Source of the DNA: Phycisphaera mikurensis NBRC 102666
GTDB taxonomy: Bacteria; Planctomycetota; Phycisphaerae; Phycisphaerales; Phycisphaeraceae
Direction of reading: 5' to 3'
Length of the DNA stretch: 32,000 nucleotides
Assembly: GCF_000284115.1 (NCBI RefSeq)
Contig: NC_017080.1
Coordinates: 450,001 to 482,000, forward strand
The notes beneath the pieces were generated by a model. The model worked only from the letters and a program-made list of their open reading frames with translations. It was not told the origin of the DNA and ran no database searches. Both the position numbers and the translations under genes were made by a program. Below are positions 9,042 through 18,336 of the stretch, one piece after another (the stretch's first letter is position 1; every line of letters begins with the position of its first letter).

Positions 9042-10004
9042 ATGCCCAACGCCCCCGCCGCCGACGCTCCCCAAGACCGCGCTCAAGCTGGCACCCCCGG
9101 GCCGGCCGCGGCGGGGAAGCGCCTGCGGATCGGCCACTCGCCCGACCCCGACGACGCCTTCATGTGGTGGCCGCTGGCGGACTTCACCTCGCCCGACGGC
9201 ACCGCCCACACGCCGCGGATCGACACCGGCGGGTACCGCTTCGAGCACGTGCTCGAGGACATCGAGTCGCTCAACGTCCGGGCGCACGCGGCCGAGCTGG
9301 AGATCACGGCGGTCTCGATCGCCTCGATGCCGGCCCTCGCGAAGCACTACGCGCTCACCGCCTGCGGCTCGAGCATGGGCGACGGGTACGGGCCGATGAT
9401 CGTGGCCAAGCCCGGCCGCTTCCCCTCCTTCGAGTCGCTACGCGGGGCGACGCTGGCGATCCCCGGCGTGGGCACGACCGCGTGGCTCAGCTGCCGGCTC
9501 GCTCTCAAGGAAGCGGGCCTCACCACCGACGACGTCGACTGGTCGGTGCTGCCCTTCGACGAGGTGATGGAGGCGGTGGTCGGTGGCCGCTTCGACGCCG
9601 GGCTCATCATCCACGAGGGCCAGATCACCTACGAGCGCGACGGGCTGGAGCTGGTGCGCGACCTGGGCGTCTGGTTCCAGGAGACGCGGGGGCTGCCGCT
9701 GCCCTTGGGCGGCAACGCGATCCGGCGCGACCTGGTGGACGCGGGGGAAGGCTCGGCGATCGCCGCGGTGCTCCGCCGGTCGATCGACTTCGCGCTGCGG
9801 AACCGGGAGGAGGCCGTCGCCTTCGCCCGGCAGTGGGGGCGGGGGCTCTCGCCCGAGCTGACCGACCGCTTCGTGGGCATGTACGTGAACGATTGGACGC
9901 TGGACTACGGCGAACGCGGGCGGGAGGCGGTCCGCCGGCTGCTCGGCGACGCCGCGGAGGCCCAGCTGGTGCCGGCGTGCGACCTGCAATTCGTGGAGGG
10001 CTGA
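9042..10004 (+). CDS. mqnD: MqnA/MqnD-family protein, most like 1,4-dihydroxy-6-naphthoate synthase of the futalosine menaquinone pathway
   Basis: RIGHSPDPDDAFMWW ... CGSSMGDGYGPMIVAK ... AIPGVGTTAWLSCRLAL; divergent from rnd. Confidence 0.7.
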   Translation: MPNAPAADAPQDRAQAGTPGPAAAGKRLRIGHSPDPDDAFMWWPLADFTSPDGTAHTPRIDTGGYRFEHVLEDIESLNVRAHAAELEITAVSIASMPALAKHYALTACGSSMGDGYGPMIVAKPGRFPSFESLRGATLAIPGVGTTAWLSCRLALKEAGLTTDDVDWSVLPFDEVMEAVVGGRFDAGLIIHEGQITYERDGLELVRDLGVWFQETRGLPLPLGGNAIRRDLVDAGEGSAIAAVLRRSIDFALRNREEAVAFARQWGRGLSPELTDRFVGMYVNDWTLDYGERGREAVRRLLGDAAEAQLVPACDLQFVEG

Positions 10005-10164
10005 GCGGTGGGCTCCCGCGGCTCCTCCCAAGCTGCGGCCGGCAACCCCTGGAGGAGGCGTGGCGGCGGCGCTCGGCGGCATCGGGTCGCGGCCCCGGCT
10101 GCCGCCTAGCGTCCGGGTTGCCCGAGGCCGCAGGCCCGGCAGAACCACCCGCACGGAAACCCCC

Positions 10165-10317
10165 ATGCTCCGCAACGCCATCATCGCCCTGGTCATCGCC
10201 CTCATCCTCTTCGCGCTCGGCTTCAGCGGCCTCGGCCAGATCGCCTGGATCATCGCCGGCGTCTTCTTCGTCCTCTTCCTGATCGCGCTGGTCATGCACC
10301 TCACCAAGAAGGTCTGA
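10165..10317 (+). CDS. Small membrane protein, DUF1328-like (50 aa)
   Basis: MLRNAIIALVIALILFALGFSGLGQIAWIIAGVFFVLFLIALVMHLTKKV. Confidence 0.75.
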   Translation: MLRNAIIALVIALILFALGFSGLGQIAWIIAGVFFVLFLIALVMHLTKKV

Positions 10318-10359
10318 TCCGCGTCCGGGGACTCGCGGGGGGGGGCGCTCGCTCGCCGG

Positions 10360-11052
10360 GTGCCACGCCGCCGGCGGCTCCGCCCGCTCTACCGTCCGGG
10401 GGTGTCCGACGCCATCTACGACCTGCTCTGCGCCGGCGGCCGGCCGGTGTGGACGCTGTGCACGAGCCCGACGGTGCTCCATGCCGAGCGGGCGAAGCTC
10501 CCCCCGCCGTTCCTGGTGGCGGCGAACCACGAGGGACCCTTCGACATCCCGATGCTGATGCGGCACGTGCCCCAGCGGCTGGACTTCCTGTCGATCGTCG
10601 AGGTGTTCTCGCGGCCGCTGCTCGGGCCGTTCTACCGGAGCATGAACGCCTTCCCGCTGGACCGCTCGCGCCCCGACGCGGCGACGGTGCGGGTGATCCT
10701 CGACCGCCTCGCCCGCGGGCGGTGCGTCGCGATGTTCCCCGAGGGCGGGTTCCGCCGCGGACGCCACCGCGTGACGGCGGGCGGGCGGATCCGGCCGGGC
10801 CTCGGCGGGCTGGCGCGGCTGGCGGGGGTGCCGGTGCTGCCGGCGGTGATGGCCGGCGGCGAGCGCTTCGCCGGCGTGCGGCCCTGGCTGCCGACCCGCT
10901 CGGTGCGGTACGGCGTGGCGTTCGGCGAGGCGATGGACCCGCCGGCCGATCCGGCGGGCGAGCGGCCCTTCGAGCTCGCCTTCGAGGCGGTGGAGCGGGG
11001 GCTGGCGGAGCAGCTGCGGGCGGTGGGCGTGAGCGGCGGCCGCGGACCGTGA
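10360..11052 (+). CDS. plsC: 1-acyl-sn-glycerol-3-phosphate acyltransferase-like protein (PlsC family); start may be GTG 10402
   Basis: LVAANHEGPFDIPML (NHxxxxD block), AMFPEGGFRRG; stop codon lies inside palindromic element copy 2. Confidence 0.8.
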   Translation: MPRRRRLRPLYRPGVSDAIYDLLCAGGRPVWTLCTSPTVLHAERAKLPPPFLVAANHEGPFDIPMLMRHVPQRLDFLSIVEVFSRPLLGPFYRSMNAFPLDRSRPDAATVRVILDRLARGRCVAMFPEGGFRRGRHRVTAGGRIRPGLGGLARLAGVPVLPAVMAGGERFAGVRPWLPTRSVRYGVAFGEAMDPPADPAGERPFELAFEAVERGLAEQLRAVGVSGGRGP

Positions 11053-11085
11053 GCCTTTCCCGCCGCTTTGGCCGGCGGTCCGCGG
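11040..11085. repeat. 46-bp palindromic element, copy 2 (spans end of plsC-like gene)
   Basis: CCGCGGACCGTGA GCCTTTCCCGCCGCTTTGGC CGGCGGTCCGCGG; 20-nt spacer; left arm degenerated at its inner end, where it contains the TGA stop. Confidence 0.75.
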
Positions 11086-11100
11086 GTCGCGGATGCTCCG

Positions 11101-11151
11101 GCGGGCGGGCGGGCGGGCGGGTGGGCGGGTGGGCGGGTGGGCGGGGTGGGC
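11101..11151 (+). repeat. G-run microsatellite (GGGC/GGGT iterations), potential G-quadruplex
   Basis: gcgggcgggcgggcgggcgggtgggcgggtgggcgggtgggcggggtggg, more than 10 consecutive G3+ runs separated by 1 nt, ending about 43 nt upstream of the rfbC ATG. Confidence 0.9.
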
Positions 11152-11193
11152 GTGGAGCGCCGGTAGATTGTCCTCCCGCTCCGCGTCCACGCC

Positions 11194-11775
11194 ATGCACG
11201 TCACCCCGCTCTCGCCGCCGGGCCTCCTGCGGCTCGTGCCGCCCCGCTTCGGTGACGGGCGGGGCTGGTTCTGCACCGTCTACGCCGCGGAGACGCTCGC
11301 CGGCCTGGGCATCGGCGAGGCCTTCGTGCAGGACAGCGTGAGCTTCTCCGAGCGGGCCGGCACGGTGCGCGGGCTGCATTTCCAGCGTCCGCCGCACGGG
11401 CAGGGCAAGCTGGTCCGCGTGGTCCGCGGTCGGATCCGCGACGTTTCGGTCGACCTGCGGGTCGGCTCGCCCGCCTACGGCGAGCACGCGGCGGTGGAGC
11501 TCGCGGCGGAGGGCGGCGAGCAGGTGTGGGTGCCCCCGGGGTTCGCGCACGGCTTCGTGACGCTCGAAGACGCCACGGAGGTTCACTACAAGAGCACCGC
11601 GGCCTGGGCGCCCGCCTCCGAGGGCGGCCTCGCCTTCGACTGCCCGGCGCTGGGGATCGACTGGGGCGTCACCCGGGCGGAGGCGGTGCTCTCCGAGCGG
11701 GACCGCGAGCTGCCGGGCTTCGCCGGCTTCGAGAGCCCCTTCCGCCCCGGAGCCGAGGCCGCGCGTGACCGCTGA
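11194..11775 (+). CDS. rfbC: dTDP-4-dehydrorhamnose 3,5-epimerase
   Basis: FVQDSVSFSERAGTVRGLHFQRPPHGQGKLVRVVRGRIRDVSVDLRVGSP, WVPPGFAHGFVTLEDATEVHYKST. Confidence 0.96.
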   Translation: MHVTPLSPPGLLRLVPPRFGDGRGWFCTVYAAETLAGLGIGEAFVQDSVSFSERAGTVRGLHFQRPPHGQGKLVRVVRGRIRDVSVDLRVGSPAYGEHAAVELAAEGGEQVWVPPGFAHGFVTLEDATEVHYKSTAAWAPASEGGLAFDCPALGIDWGVTRAEAVLSERDRELPGFAGFESPFRPGAEAARDR

Positions 11776-12661
11776 GCCCGACGACTTTGCCGAAGCCACC
11801 GGCCGCGTCGGGGTCGCGGGTGTCACCGGGCTGCTCGGGGCGGAGCTCGCCGCCGAGGTCCGGCGCCGCGGCGGCGTGCCCGTCCCGCTGGCGCGTCCCG
11901 CCTGGGACTTCGCCCGGCCGGACGGCTTCCCCGCGCTGCCCGCGGGCCTGCGGGCGGTGGTCAACGCCGCCGCGTACACCCGCGTGGACGAGGCGGAGGC
12001 GGAGGAGGAGCTCGCGACCACCGTCAACGGCCGGGCGGTCGGGGCGCTGGCGCGTCGCTGCGGCGACGCCGGCGTCCGGCTGGTCCACGTCAGCACCGAT
12101 TACGTGTTCGACGGCCGCCGCGACACGCCCTACCCGGTGGACCACCCGCTGAACCCGCGCTCCGCCTACGGACGCAGCAAGGCGGCGGGCGAGGCGGCGC
12201 TCGCGGCGTCGGGCGCGGCGTCGCTGTGCGTCCGCACGGGCTGGCTGCACGGCCCCGGCGGCCGGTGCTTCGTCCGGACGATCCGCGACGCGCTGCCCCG
12301 CCGCCCCAAGCTCCACGTGGTCGCCGACCAGCGCGGCCGGCCGACGGGCGCGGCCTCGCTCGCGCGGCTCCTGCTCGACCTGCTCGGCGCAGGCGCCCGC
12401 GGCACCTTCCACGGCACCGACGGCGGCGAGGCAACGTGGTTCGGCGTCGCCCGGGCCGTGGCCGGGCGCTACGGCCGCGGGGCCGACGTGCTGCCGGCGG
12501 AGACGCGCGAGTTTGCGCGGCCGGCCCGGCGCCCGGCGTACTCCGTGCTCGACCTCGCCGCGACCGAGGCGCTGCTCGGGCCCCGCCCGCCATGGACGGT
12601 GGCCCTCGCCGACACGCTCGACCGCCTCGACGCGGCCGGGCCGCCGCCCGCAGCCCGATAG
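11765..12661 (+). CDS. rfbD: dTDP-4-dehydrorhamnose reductase
   Basis: VTGLLGAELAAEV, NAAAYTRVDEAE, VSTDYVFDGRRDTPY, YGRSKAAGE motifs. Confidence 0.94.
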   Translation: MTAEPDDFAEATGRVGVAGVTGLLGAELAAEVRRRGGVPVPLARPAWDFARPDGFPALPAGLRAVVNAAAYTRVDEAEAEEELATTVNGRAVGALARRCGDAGVRLVHVSTDYVFDGRRDTPYPVDHPLNPRSAYGRSKAAGEAALAASGAASLCVRTGWLHGPGGRCFVRTIRDALPRRPKLHVVADQRGRPTGAASLARLLLDLLGAGARGTFHGTDGGEATWFGVARAVAGRYGRGADVLPAETREFARPARRPAYSVLDLAATEALLGPRPPWTVALADTLDRLDAAGPPPAAR

Positions 12662-12747
12662 GCCGATCCTGAGAGCGGCCGGGCGTCGCTCGGCGGGAGC
12701 GGCGACCGGCGGCGTTCGCGGGCGCGACCGAGTAGAAGGGCACCCCC

Positions 12748-13773
12748 ATGAATCTCCTCGTCACCGGCGGCTCCGGCTTCATCGGCACCACGCTCGTGCG
12801 GCTGCTCCTGCGAGAGACCGGCCACCGCGTCGTCAACCTCGACAAGCTGACGTACTCCGGCGACACCGGCTCGCTCGCCGGCGTCGGGGGCGAGCACCCC
12901 GGGCGGTACCGCCTCGTCCGCGGCTGCGTCACCGACGCCGCCGCGGTTTTCCCGCTCGTCGCCGAGGCCGACGCCGTGCTCCACCTCGCGGCGGAGAGCC
13001 ACGTCGACCGCTCGATCGCCACCGGGGGCGCCCGCGTCTTCGTCGAGACGAACGTGATGGGGACGCAGACCCTCCTCGATGCGCTGCGGTCCACGCCGGG
13101 CGGGCTCGCCAAGCGGCTCGTGCACGTGAGCACCGACGAGGTGTACGGGGACCTCCCGCTCGGCGAGCCCGGCGTTCGCTTCACCGAGGAGACGCCCTAC
13201 GCCCCGAGCAGCCCCTACTCGGCGAGCAAGGCGGCGAGCGATCTGCTGGTGCGGGCGGCGGTGCGGACGCACGGCCAGAACGCGTGCGTGACCCACTGCT
13301 CGAACAACTTTGGGCCCTGGCAGTTCCCCGAGAAGGTGATCCCGCTGTTCATCGCCCGGTTGATGGACGGGCGACGCGTCCCGCTCTACGGCGACGGCCG
13401 CAACGTGCGCGACTGGCTGCACGTGGAGGACCACGCCCGGGCGCTGCTGGCGGTGCTGGAGCGCGGCCGGGCCGGCGAGACCTACGACGTCGGCGGCGAC
13501 AACGAGCGCAGCAACGCCGAGCTGACCGCGATGCTGCTCGACGCTTTCGGCCTCGGCGAAGACCGCATCGAACGCGTCGCGGACCGGCCCGGCCACGACC
13601 GCCGCTACGCCATCGACGCCGCGAAGATCCGGCGGGAGCTCGGCTGGGCGCCGAGACGCTCCGCCTGGCCGGAGGCGCTGTTGGAGACGGTGGCCTGGTA
13701 CCGGGAGAACGAGGCCTGGTGGCGGCCGCTGCTGGAGAAGGCAGGCAGAGCGCAAACGAAGCGCAGGAACTGA
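12748..13773 (+). CDS. rfbB: dTDP-glucose 4,6-dehydratase
   Basis: LVTGGSGFIGTTLVR, LDKLTYSGDTGSLAGV, HLAAESHVDRSI, HVSTDEVYG, PYSASKAASD, VTHCSNNFGPWQFPEKVIPL. Confidence 0.97.
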   Translation: MNLLVTGGSGFIGTTLVRLLLRETGHRVVNLDKLTYSGDTGSLAGVGGEHPGRYRLVRGCVTDAAAVFPLVAEADAVLHLAAESHVDRSIATGGARVFVETNVMGTQTLLDALRSTPGGLAKRLVHVSTDEVYGDLPLGEPGVRFTEETPYAPSSPYSASKAASDLLVRAAVRTHGQNACVTHCSNNFGPWQFPEKVIPLFIARLMDGRRVPLYGDGRNVRDWLHVEDHARALLAVLERGRAGETYDVGGDNERSNAELTAMLLDAFGLGEDRIERVADRPGHDRRYAIDAAKIRRELGWAPRRSAWPEALLETVAWYRENEAWWRPLLEKAGRAQTKRRN

Positions 13774-13889
13774 GGAAGCCAGCAGGAAAAAACGCTCGCC
13801 CCCGCCGCCCCCGCCGCCCCCGACCCAACCCCCACACCCCAAGCCCCCACCTCCTCACCCCCTCGCTTCCCCACTCCCTCCCTCCCTCA

Positions 13890-13953
13890 CTTCTTCGCTT
13901 CTTTGCTTCCTCACTTCTCCGCTTCCGCACTTCTTCGCTTCCTCGCTTCTCTC
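13890..13953 (+). repeat. Degenerate 8-bp pyrimidine tandem repeat, 8 units (consensus CTTCNTCG), within a wider C/T-rich tract of about 13800-13970
   Basis: cttcttcg cttctttg cttcctca cttctccg cttccgca cttcttcg cttcctcg cttctctc. Confidence 0.85.
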
Positions 13954-13992
13954 CATACCCTCTCTGCCCGCGCCGACGCCCCGCGACGCCCC

Positions 13993-15060
13993 ATGACCGC
14001 CGCCTCCCCCACCCAGAACCTCAACGTCACCGGATTCGACCCGCTGATCTCCCCTGGCGGCCTCAACGAGGCGTTGCCGATCAGCGCGGCGGCGGCGGCG
14101 ACGGTCACCCGCGGGCGGGACGACATCCAGCGGATCCTCCGCGGCGACGACCCGCGCCTGCTGGCGGTCGTGGGGCCCTGCTCGATCCACGACGTCGACG
14201 CCGCGGGCGAGTATGCCCAGCGGCTCGCCGCGCTCGCCGAGGAGGTGAGCGATCGGCTGCTGGTGGTGATGCGGGTGTACTTCGAGAAGCCGCGGACCAC
14301 GGTCGGCTGGAAGGGGCTCATCAACGACCCCTTCCTCTACAGCGACCGCGTGTTCGACATGAACACGGGCATCCGGCGGGCCCGGGAGCTGCTGATGAGG
14401 ATCGCCGAGCTGGGCCTGCCCGCGGGCACGGAGTTCCTCGATCCCTTCACGCCGCAGTACCTCGACGACCTCGTGAGCTGGGCGGCGATCGGGGCCCGCA
14501 CCACCGAGAGCCAGACGCACCGGCAGATGGCCAGCGGGCTGTCGATGCCGGTGGGCTTCAAGAACGCCACGACCGGCGACCTGCAGGTGGCACTGGACGC
14601 CATGAAGAGCGCGATGGCGCCGCACCACTTCGTCGGCATCGACGAGGAGGGCCACGCCGCCGTCGTCCACACCCGCGGCAACGCCTACGGCCACGCCATC
14701 CTCCGCGGCGGCCACTCGGCGACGAACTACGCCCCCGAGGACATCGCCGCCGCGGCCGGGCGGCTGGTGGCGGCCGGGCTGAACCCGCAGCTGATGGTCG
14801 ACTGCAGCCACGCCAATTCCGGCAAGAAGCACACCGCGCAGGCGAAGGTCTGGGACAGCGTGCTCGCGCAGCGGGCCGCGGGGCAGAGGGCCCTGGTGGG
14901 CGTGATGCTCGAGAGCAACCTGGAGCCCGGCAACCAGGGCGTGCCGACCGGGCCCAACGGGCGGCCCGACGCGTCCAAGCTCCTCCGCGGCGTCAGCATC
15001 ACCGACGCTTGCATCGGCTTCGAGGAGACCCAGCGCCTGCTCCGGGCGGCGCAGGCGTGA
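13993..15060 (+). CDS. 3-deoxy-7-phosphoheptulonate (DAHP) synthase, class I
   Basis: [99 protein letters not shown]. Confidence 0.96.
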   Translation: MTAASPTQNLNVTGFDPLISPGGLNEALPISAAAAATVTRGRDDIQRILRGDDPRLLAVVGPCSIHDVDAAGEYAQRLAALAEEVSDRLLVVMRVYFEKPRTTVGWKGLINDPFLYSDRVFDMNTGIRRARELLMRIAELGLPAGTEFLDPFTPQYLDDLVSWAAIGARTTESQTHRQMASGLSMPVGFKNATTGDLQVALDAMKSAMAPHHFVGIDEEGHAAVVHTRGNAYGHAILRGGHSATNYAPEDIAAAAGRLVAAGLNPQLMVDCSHANSGKKHTAQAKVWDSVLAQRAAGQRALVGVMLESNLEPGNQGVPTGPNGRPDASKLLRGVSITDACIGFEETQRLLRAAQA

Positions 15061-16127
15061 GCGGGTCCGTCGCCGACGAGGCGGCGCCCGCCACGCTGCG
15101 CTTCGGCTGCATCGGCTTTGGCAGGGTCGGGCGGAAGCGGGCGGGCGTGCTCCGCGGGCTCGGCCACCGGGTCGCGGCGGTGTTCGACCCCGCGGGCGTG
15201 GACGACCCGCCGGCCGGCGCCGCGGTGGCCGCCTCGCGGGACGCGTTGCTGGCCACGCCGGGCCTGGACGCGGTCGTGGTCGCCGCCTTCCCGGTCGCCG
15301 CCGCCGACGCGGTGTCCGCCGCGCTGGACGCGGGCCTGCACGTCTTCTGCGAGAAGCCCCCGGGCCGAACGCTCGCCGACGCCGAGGCGATGGCCGCCGC
15401 GAGCTCGCGTCACCCCGACCGCGTGCTGCAGTTCGGCTTCAACCACCGGCACCACCCGGCGCTGCGGGCGGCCCGGCGGCTCGTCGACGACGGGGCCGCC
15501 AACGGCCTGGGGCGCGTGATTTCCGCCCGCGGCGTCTACGGCAAGGCGGGCGGGCGCGACTTCGAGGCCCAGTGGCGGAGCGACCCCGCCCTCGCCGGCG
15601 GCGGCATCCTCACCGACCAGGGCATCCACCTCGTCGACCTGCTGCTGTGGTTCTGCGGCCCCTTCCACAGCGTGAAGGCGCACGTGGTCAACGCCTACTG
15701 GGGCATCGAGCAGGAGGACAACGCCGCGGCGATCCTCGTCGGCGACGGCCCCGACGGACGCTCCCCCTGCTTCGCCACGCTGCACTCCTCGGCGACGCAG
15801 TGGCAGCACCGCTTCGAGCTGGAGCTGGGGATGACCGGCGGCAGCGTCCGCGTCGACGGGATCCTCTCCTCCACCGGCAGCTACGGCGGCGGCACCGAGA
15901 CCCTGACGGTCGCCCGCACCGAGGACGCGCTGCGGCCCGCTTCGCTGGGGCGGCCGCGGGCCGAGGTCGTCTCCTTCGACCGCGACGACTCGTGGGAGCG
16001 CGAGATGAGGAGCTTCTGCGCGGCGGTGCGGGCCGGTTGCCCGGCGGCGGCGGGGACGTCCCGGGACGCGGTCGCCGCCATGGTGCTTCTCGAGTGGATC
16101 TACCGGGAGGGCGGCCGTGGCCGCTGA
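15057..16127 (+). CDS. Gfo/Idh/MocA-family oxidoreductase
   Basis: [65 protein letters not shown]; GTG start overlapping upstream stop. Confidence 0.92.
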   Translation: MSGSVADEAAPATLRFGCIGFGRVGRKRAGVLRGLGHRVAAVFDPAGVDDPPAGAAVAASRDALLATPGLDAVVVAAFPVAAADAVSAALDAGLHVFCEKPPGRTLADAEAMAAASSRHPDRVLQFGFNHRHHPALRAARRLVDDGAANGLGRVISARGVYGKAGGRDFEAQWRSDPALAGGGILTDQGIHLVDLLLWFCGPFHSVKAHVVNAYWGIEQEDNAAAILVGDGPDGRSPCFATLHSSATQWQHRFELELGMTGGSVRVDGILSSTGSYGGGTETLTVARTEDALRPASLGRPRAEVVSFDRDDSWEREMRSFCAAVRAGCPAAAGTSRDAVAAMVLLEWIYREGGRGR

Positions 16128-17004
16128 CCCCGCCGCCCACGTGCCTCCGCCTTCACCGCTCCGCGTGCACCGCGCCGGCGGCCGGCGGGGGTGGGGCGGG
16201 TTGTGGGCCGACGCGCAGGCGATCGCGCGCGAGGGCCGCGACGGGCGCTTCCTCGCCTGGCGGCTCTTCCGCCGAGACCTCAAAGCGGAGTTCCTGCGGT
16301 CGAAGCTGGGGTGGTGGTGGAACCTCGCCGACCCGCTGATCCTCGCCGCGGTGTTCGTCTTCCTGCGCGGCGAGCGGGTGCTCAGCGGGCTGCCGCTGCC
16401 GATCCCCTACCCGGTCTGGGTCGTGCTGGGGATGCTCTCGCTGCAGGCGTTCCTCAACGCCTGGACGCAGCCGCTGCGGCTCCTGGGCCGCAGCCGCCCC
16501 CTGCAGCAGCAGGTGCCGGTGACGCCGGCCACGCTGCTGCTCTCCCAGGCGCTGCGGATCGGCTTCGACGCGGCCTTCTACCTGCCGGTGATGGGCCTGA
16601 CGCTCTGGTGGACCGGCACGCTGAATCTTCCCGGCGTGCTCGCGGCGGCGTGGCTGTATGCGCTGCTGGTCGCGTTGGGCTGCGGGCTCGGCGTCCTGAT
16701 GGCCCCGCTGAACGCGGCGGCGGAGGACGTGGGCAAGGCGGTCCGGTCACTCAACCGGCCGCTGCTGTTCCTGTGCCCCACGTTCTGGTACCTGACCCCG
16801 GGCGAGGGCACACTGGGCCGGCTCAACGCCCTCAACCCGATCGGGCGGCTGATGGACGCGATGCGCATCGCGGCGGTGGGGCGGCTCGATGCGCCCGGCG
16901 TGGCGGCCGCGGCGGCGGGGGGCACGGTGGCGATCGCGGCCCTGCTCGCCGCGGCGGCGCTGTGCTTCCACCGCACGGTCCCGGTGATCGTCTCGCGGAC
17001 CTGA
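16117..17004 (+). CDS. Polysaccharide ABC exporter permease (ABC-2 type, Wzm-like)
   Basis: LAWRLFRRDLKAEFLRSKLGWWWNLADPLILAAVFVF, multiple TM helices, adjacent Wzt-like ATPase. Confidence 0.85.
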   Translation: MAADPAAHVPPPSPLRVHRAGGRRGWGGLWADAQAIAREGRDGRFLAWRLFRRDLKAEFLRSKLGWWWNLADPLILAAVFVFLRGERVLSGLPLPIPYPVWVVLGMLSLQAFLNAWTQPLRLLGRSRPLQQQVPVTPATLLLSQALRIGFDAAFYLPVMGLTLWWTGTLNLPGVLAAAWLYALLVALGCGLGVLMAPLNAAAEDVGKAVRSLNRPLLFLCPTFWYLTPGEGTLGRLNALNPIGRLMDAMRIAAVGRLDAPGVAAAAAGGTVAIAALLAAAALCFHRTVPVIVSRT

Positions 17005-17007
17005 AGG

Positions 17008-18336
17008 ATGCAAGCCGCACCCCCCGATGCCGGGCCGCCCGCGGACCGCGGGCCTCTGGAGCCGCCGGCGGTCGCGGTCCGCGGGCTGGTGAAGCGGCAC
17101 GCCCGCTCGGGCCGGCTGCCCACGCGGCGGCTGCTCCGCGAGCTCGGCCTGGCGGCGCTGGGTCGGGCGGCGCCCGCCGACGCGGACGCGGGCGAGTTCG
17201 CGGCCGTCGACGGAATCTCCTTCCGGGTGGAGCGGGGCGAGGCGGTCGCCCTCATCGGCCGCAACGGCTGCGGGAAGACGACGACGCTCAAGGCGATCGC
17301 CGGGCTGGTCCGGCCCGACGCGGGGGAGGTCGAGGTCCGCGGCCGCGTGCAGGCGCTCGTCGCGCTGGGGGCGGGCTTCAACGACGAGCTGTCGGGCGCG
17401 GAGAACGTCGTCAACAACGCGGCGGTGATGGGGCTCTCCGCCGCGGAGGCGGCGCGGGTGCTCAGAAAGGCGACCGGCTTCGCCGAGATCGGCCGCTTCA
17501 TCGAAGCACCGGTGGGCACGTACAGCTCGGGCATGCGGGCCCGGCTGGGCTTCGCGGTCGCGGTCAACCTCTCCCCCGACGTGCTGCTGCTCGACGAGAT
17601 CCTCGGCGTGGGCGATCTGGCGTTCCAGCAGAAGTGCTTCACCCGGCTGCAGCGGCTCCGGCGGGCGGGGGTGACGATCCTGCTGGTGAGCCACTCCCTG
17701 GATCAGGTGAGCAAGCTGTGCGACCGGGCGGTCTGGCTCGACGGGGGCAAGCTGGTGCAGGAAGGGCCCGTGAGCGAGGTCGTCCGGGCGTACCGGGCGG
17801 CCCACAAGCCCAGGAAGGCGCCGCCGGAGGTGCTTGAACCCGCGCCGGCCAAGCGGCCGGAGAAGCCCAAGCCGCCCGCGAAGGAGCGCAAACCGCTGCA
17901 CGGGCCGGTCGTCGCCGCGGACGCCGTGCGGAACGTCTGGCTCGACGCCCCGGCCGGCGTCGGCGCCGGGGAGCCGATCCGGCTCGGGTTCGGCGCGGTG
18001 CTGGAGCGTCGGTTCGAGGCCTTCAACTTCTCCCTGGAGCTGCACACGCGGTTCGGCGTGGTGGCCGCCGAGCTCTCGACCGCCGCCACGCCGGGCCTCG
18101 CGGGCGCGGCCGGGGGCGAGGTCGCCTTCGAGCTGGAGATGCCGGCCCCGGAGTTCGTGCCGGGCCCGCTCGTGGTGATGGGGGTCATCCACGAGGGCGG
18201 GACCTGCCGGTTCCGGGACCGGCTCGGCGTGGTGGAGGTCCGGGGCGAGCCGCCGCCGCGAGGGGTGGTCCGGCCGCGTGCGACGATCCGCCGGGGCGAC
18301 GCCGCCGGAACCCAGAACGCGGAGCGGACACCATGA
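17008..18336 (+). CDS. Polysaccharide ABC exporter ATP-binding protein with C-terminal carbohydrate-recognition-like domain (Wzt-like)
   Basis: Walker [19 protein letters not shown], signature [15 protein letters not shown], Walker [14 protein letters not shown]; beta-rich C-terminal extension [25 protein letters not shown]... Confidence 0.93.
   Translation: MQAAPPDAGPPADRGPLEPPAVAVRGLVKRHARSGRLPTRRLLRELGLAALGRAAPADADAGEFAAVDGISFRVERGEAVALIGRNGCGKTTTLKAIAGLVRPDAGEVEVRGRVQALVALGAGFNDELSGAENVVNNAAVMGLSAAEAARVLRKATGFAEIGRFIEAPVGTYSSGMRARLGFAVAVNLSPDVLLLDEILGVGDLAFQQKCFTRLQRLRRAGVTILLVSHSLDQVSKLCDRAVWLDGGKLVQEGPVSEVVRAYRAAHKPRKAPPEVLEPAPAKRPEKPKPPAKERKPLHGPVVAADAVRNVWLDAPAGVGAGEPIRLGFGAVLERRFEAFNFSLELHTRFGVVAAELSTAATPGLAGAAGGEVAFELEMPAPEFVPGPLVVMGVIHEGGTCRFRDRLGVVEVRGEPPPRGVVRPRATIRRGDAAGTQNAERTP
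17039..17084. repeat. 46-bp palindromic element, copy 3 (in N-terminal extension of Wzt-like gene)
   Basis: CCGCGGACCGCGG GCCTCTGGAGCCGCCGGCGG TCGCGGTCCGCGG; 12/13 arm match, 20-nt spacer. Confidence 0.85.
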
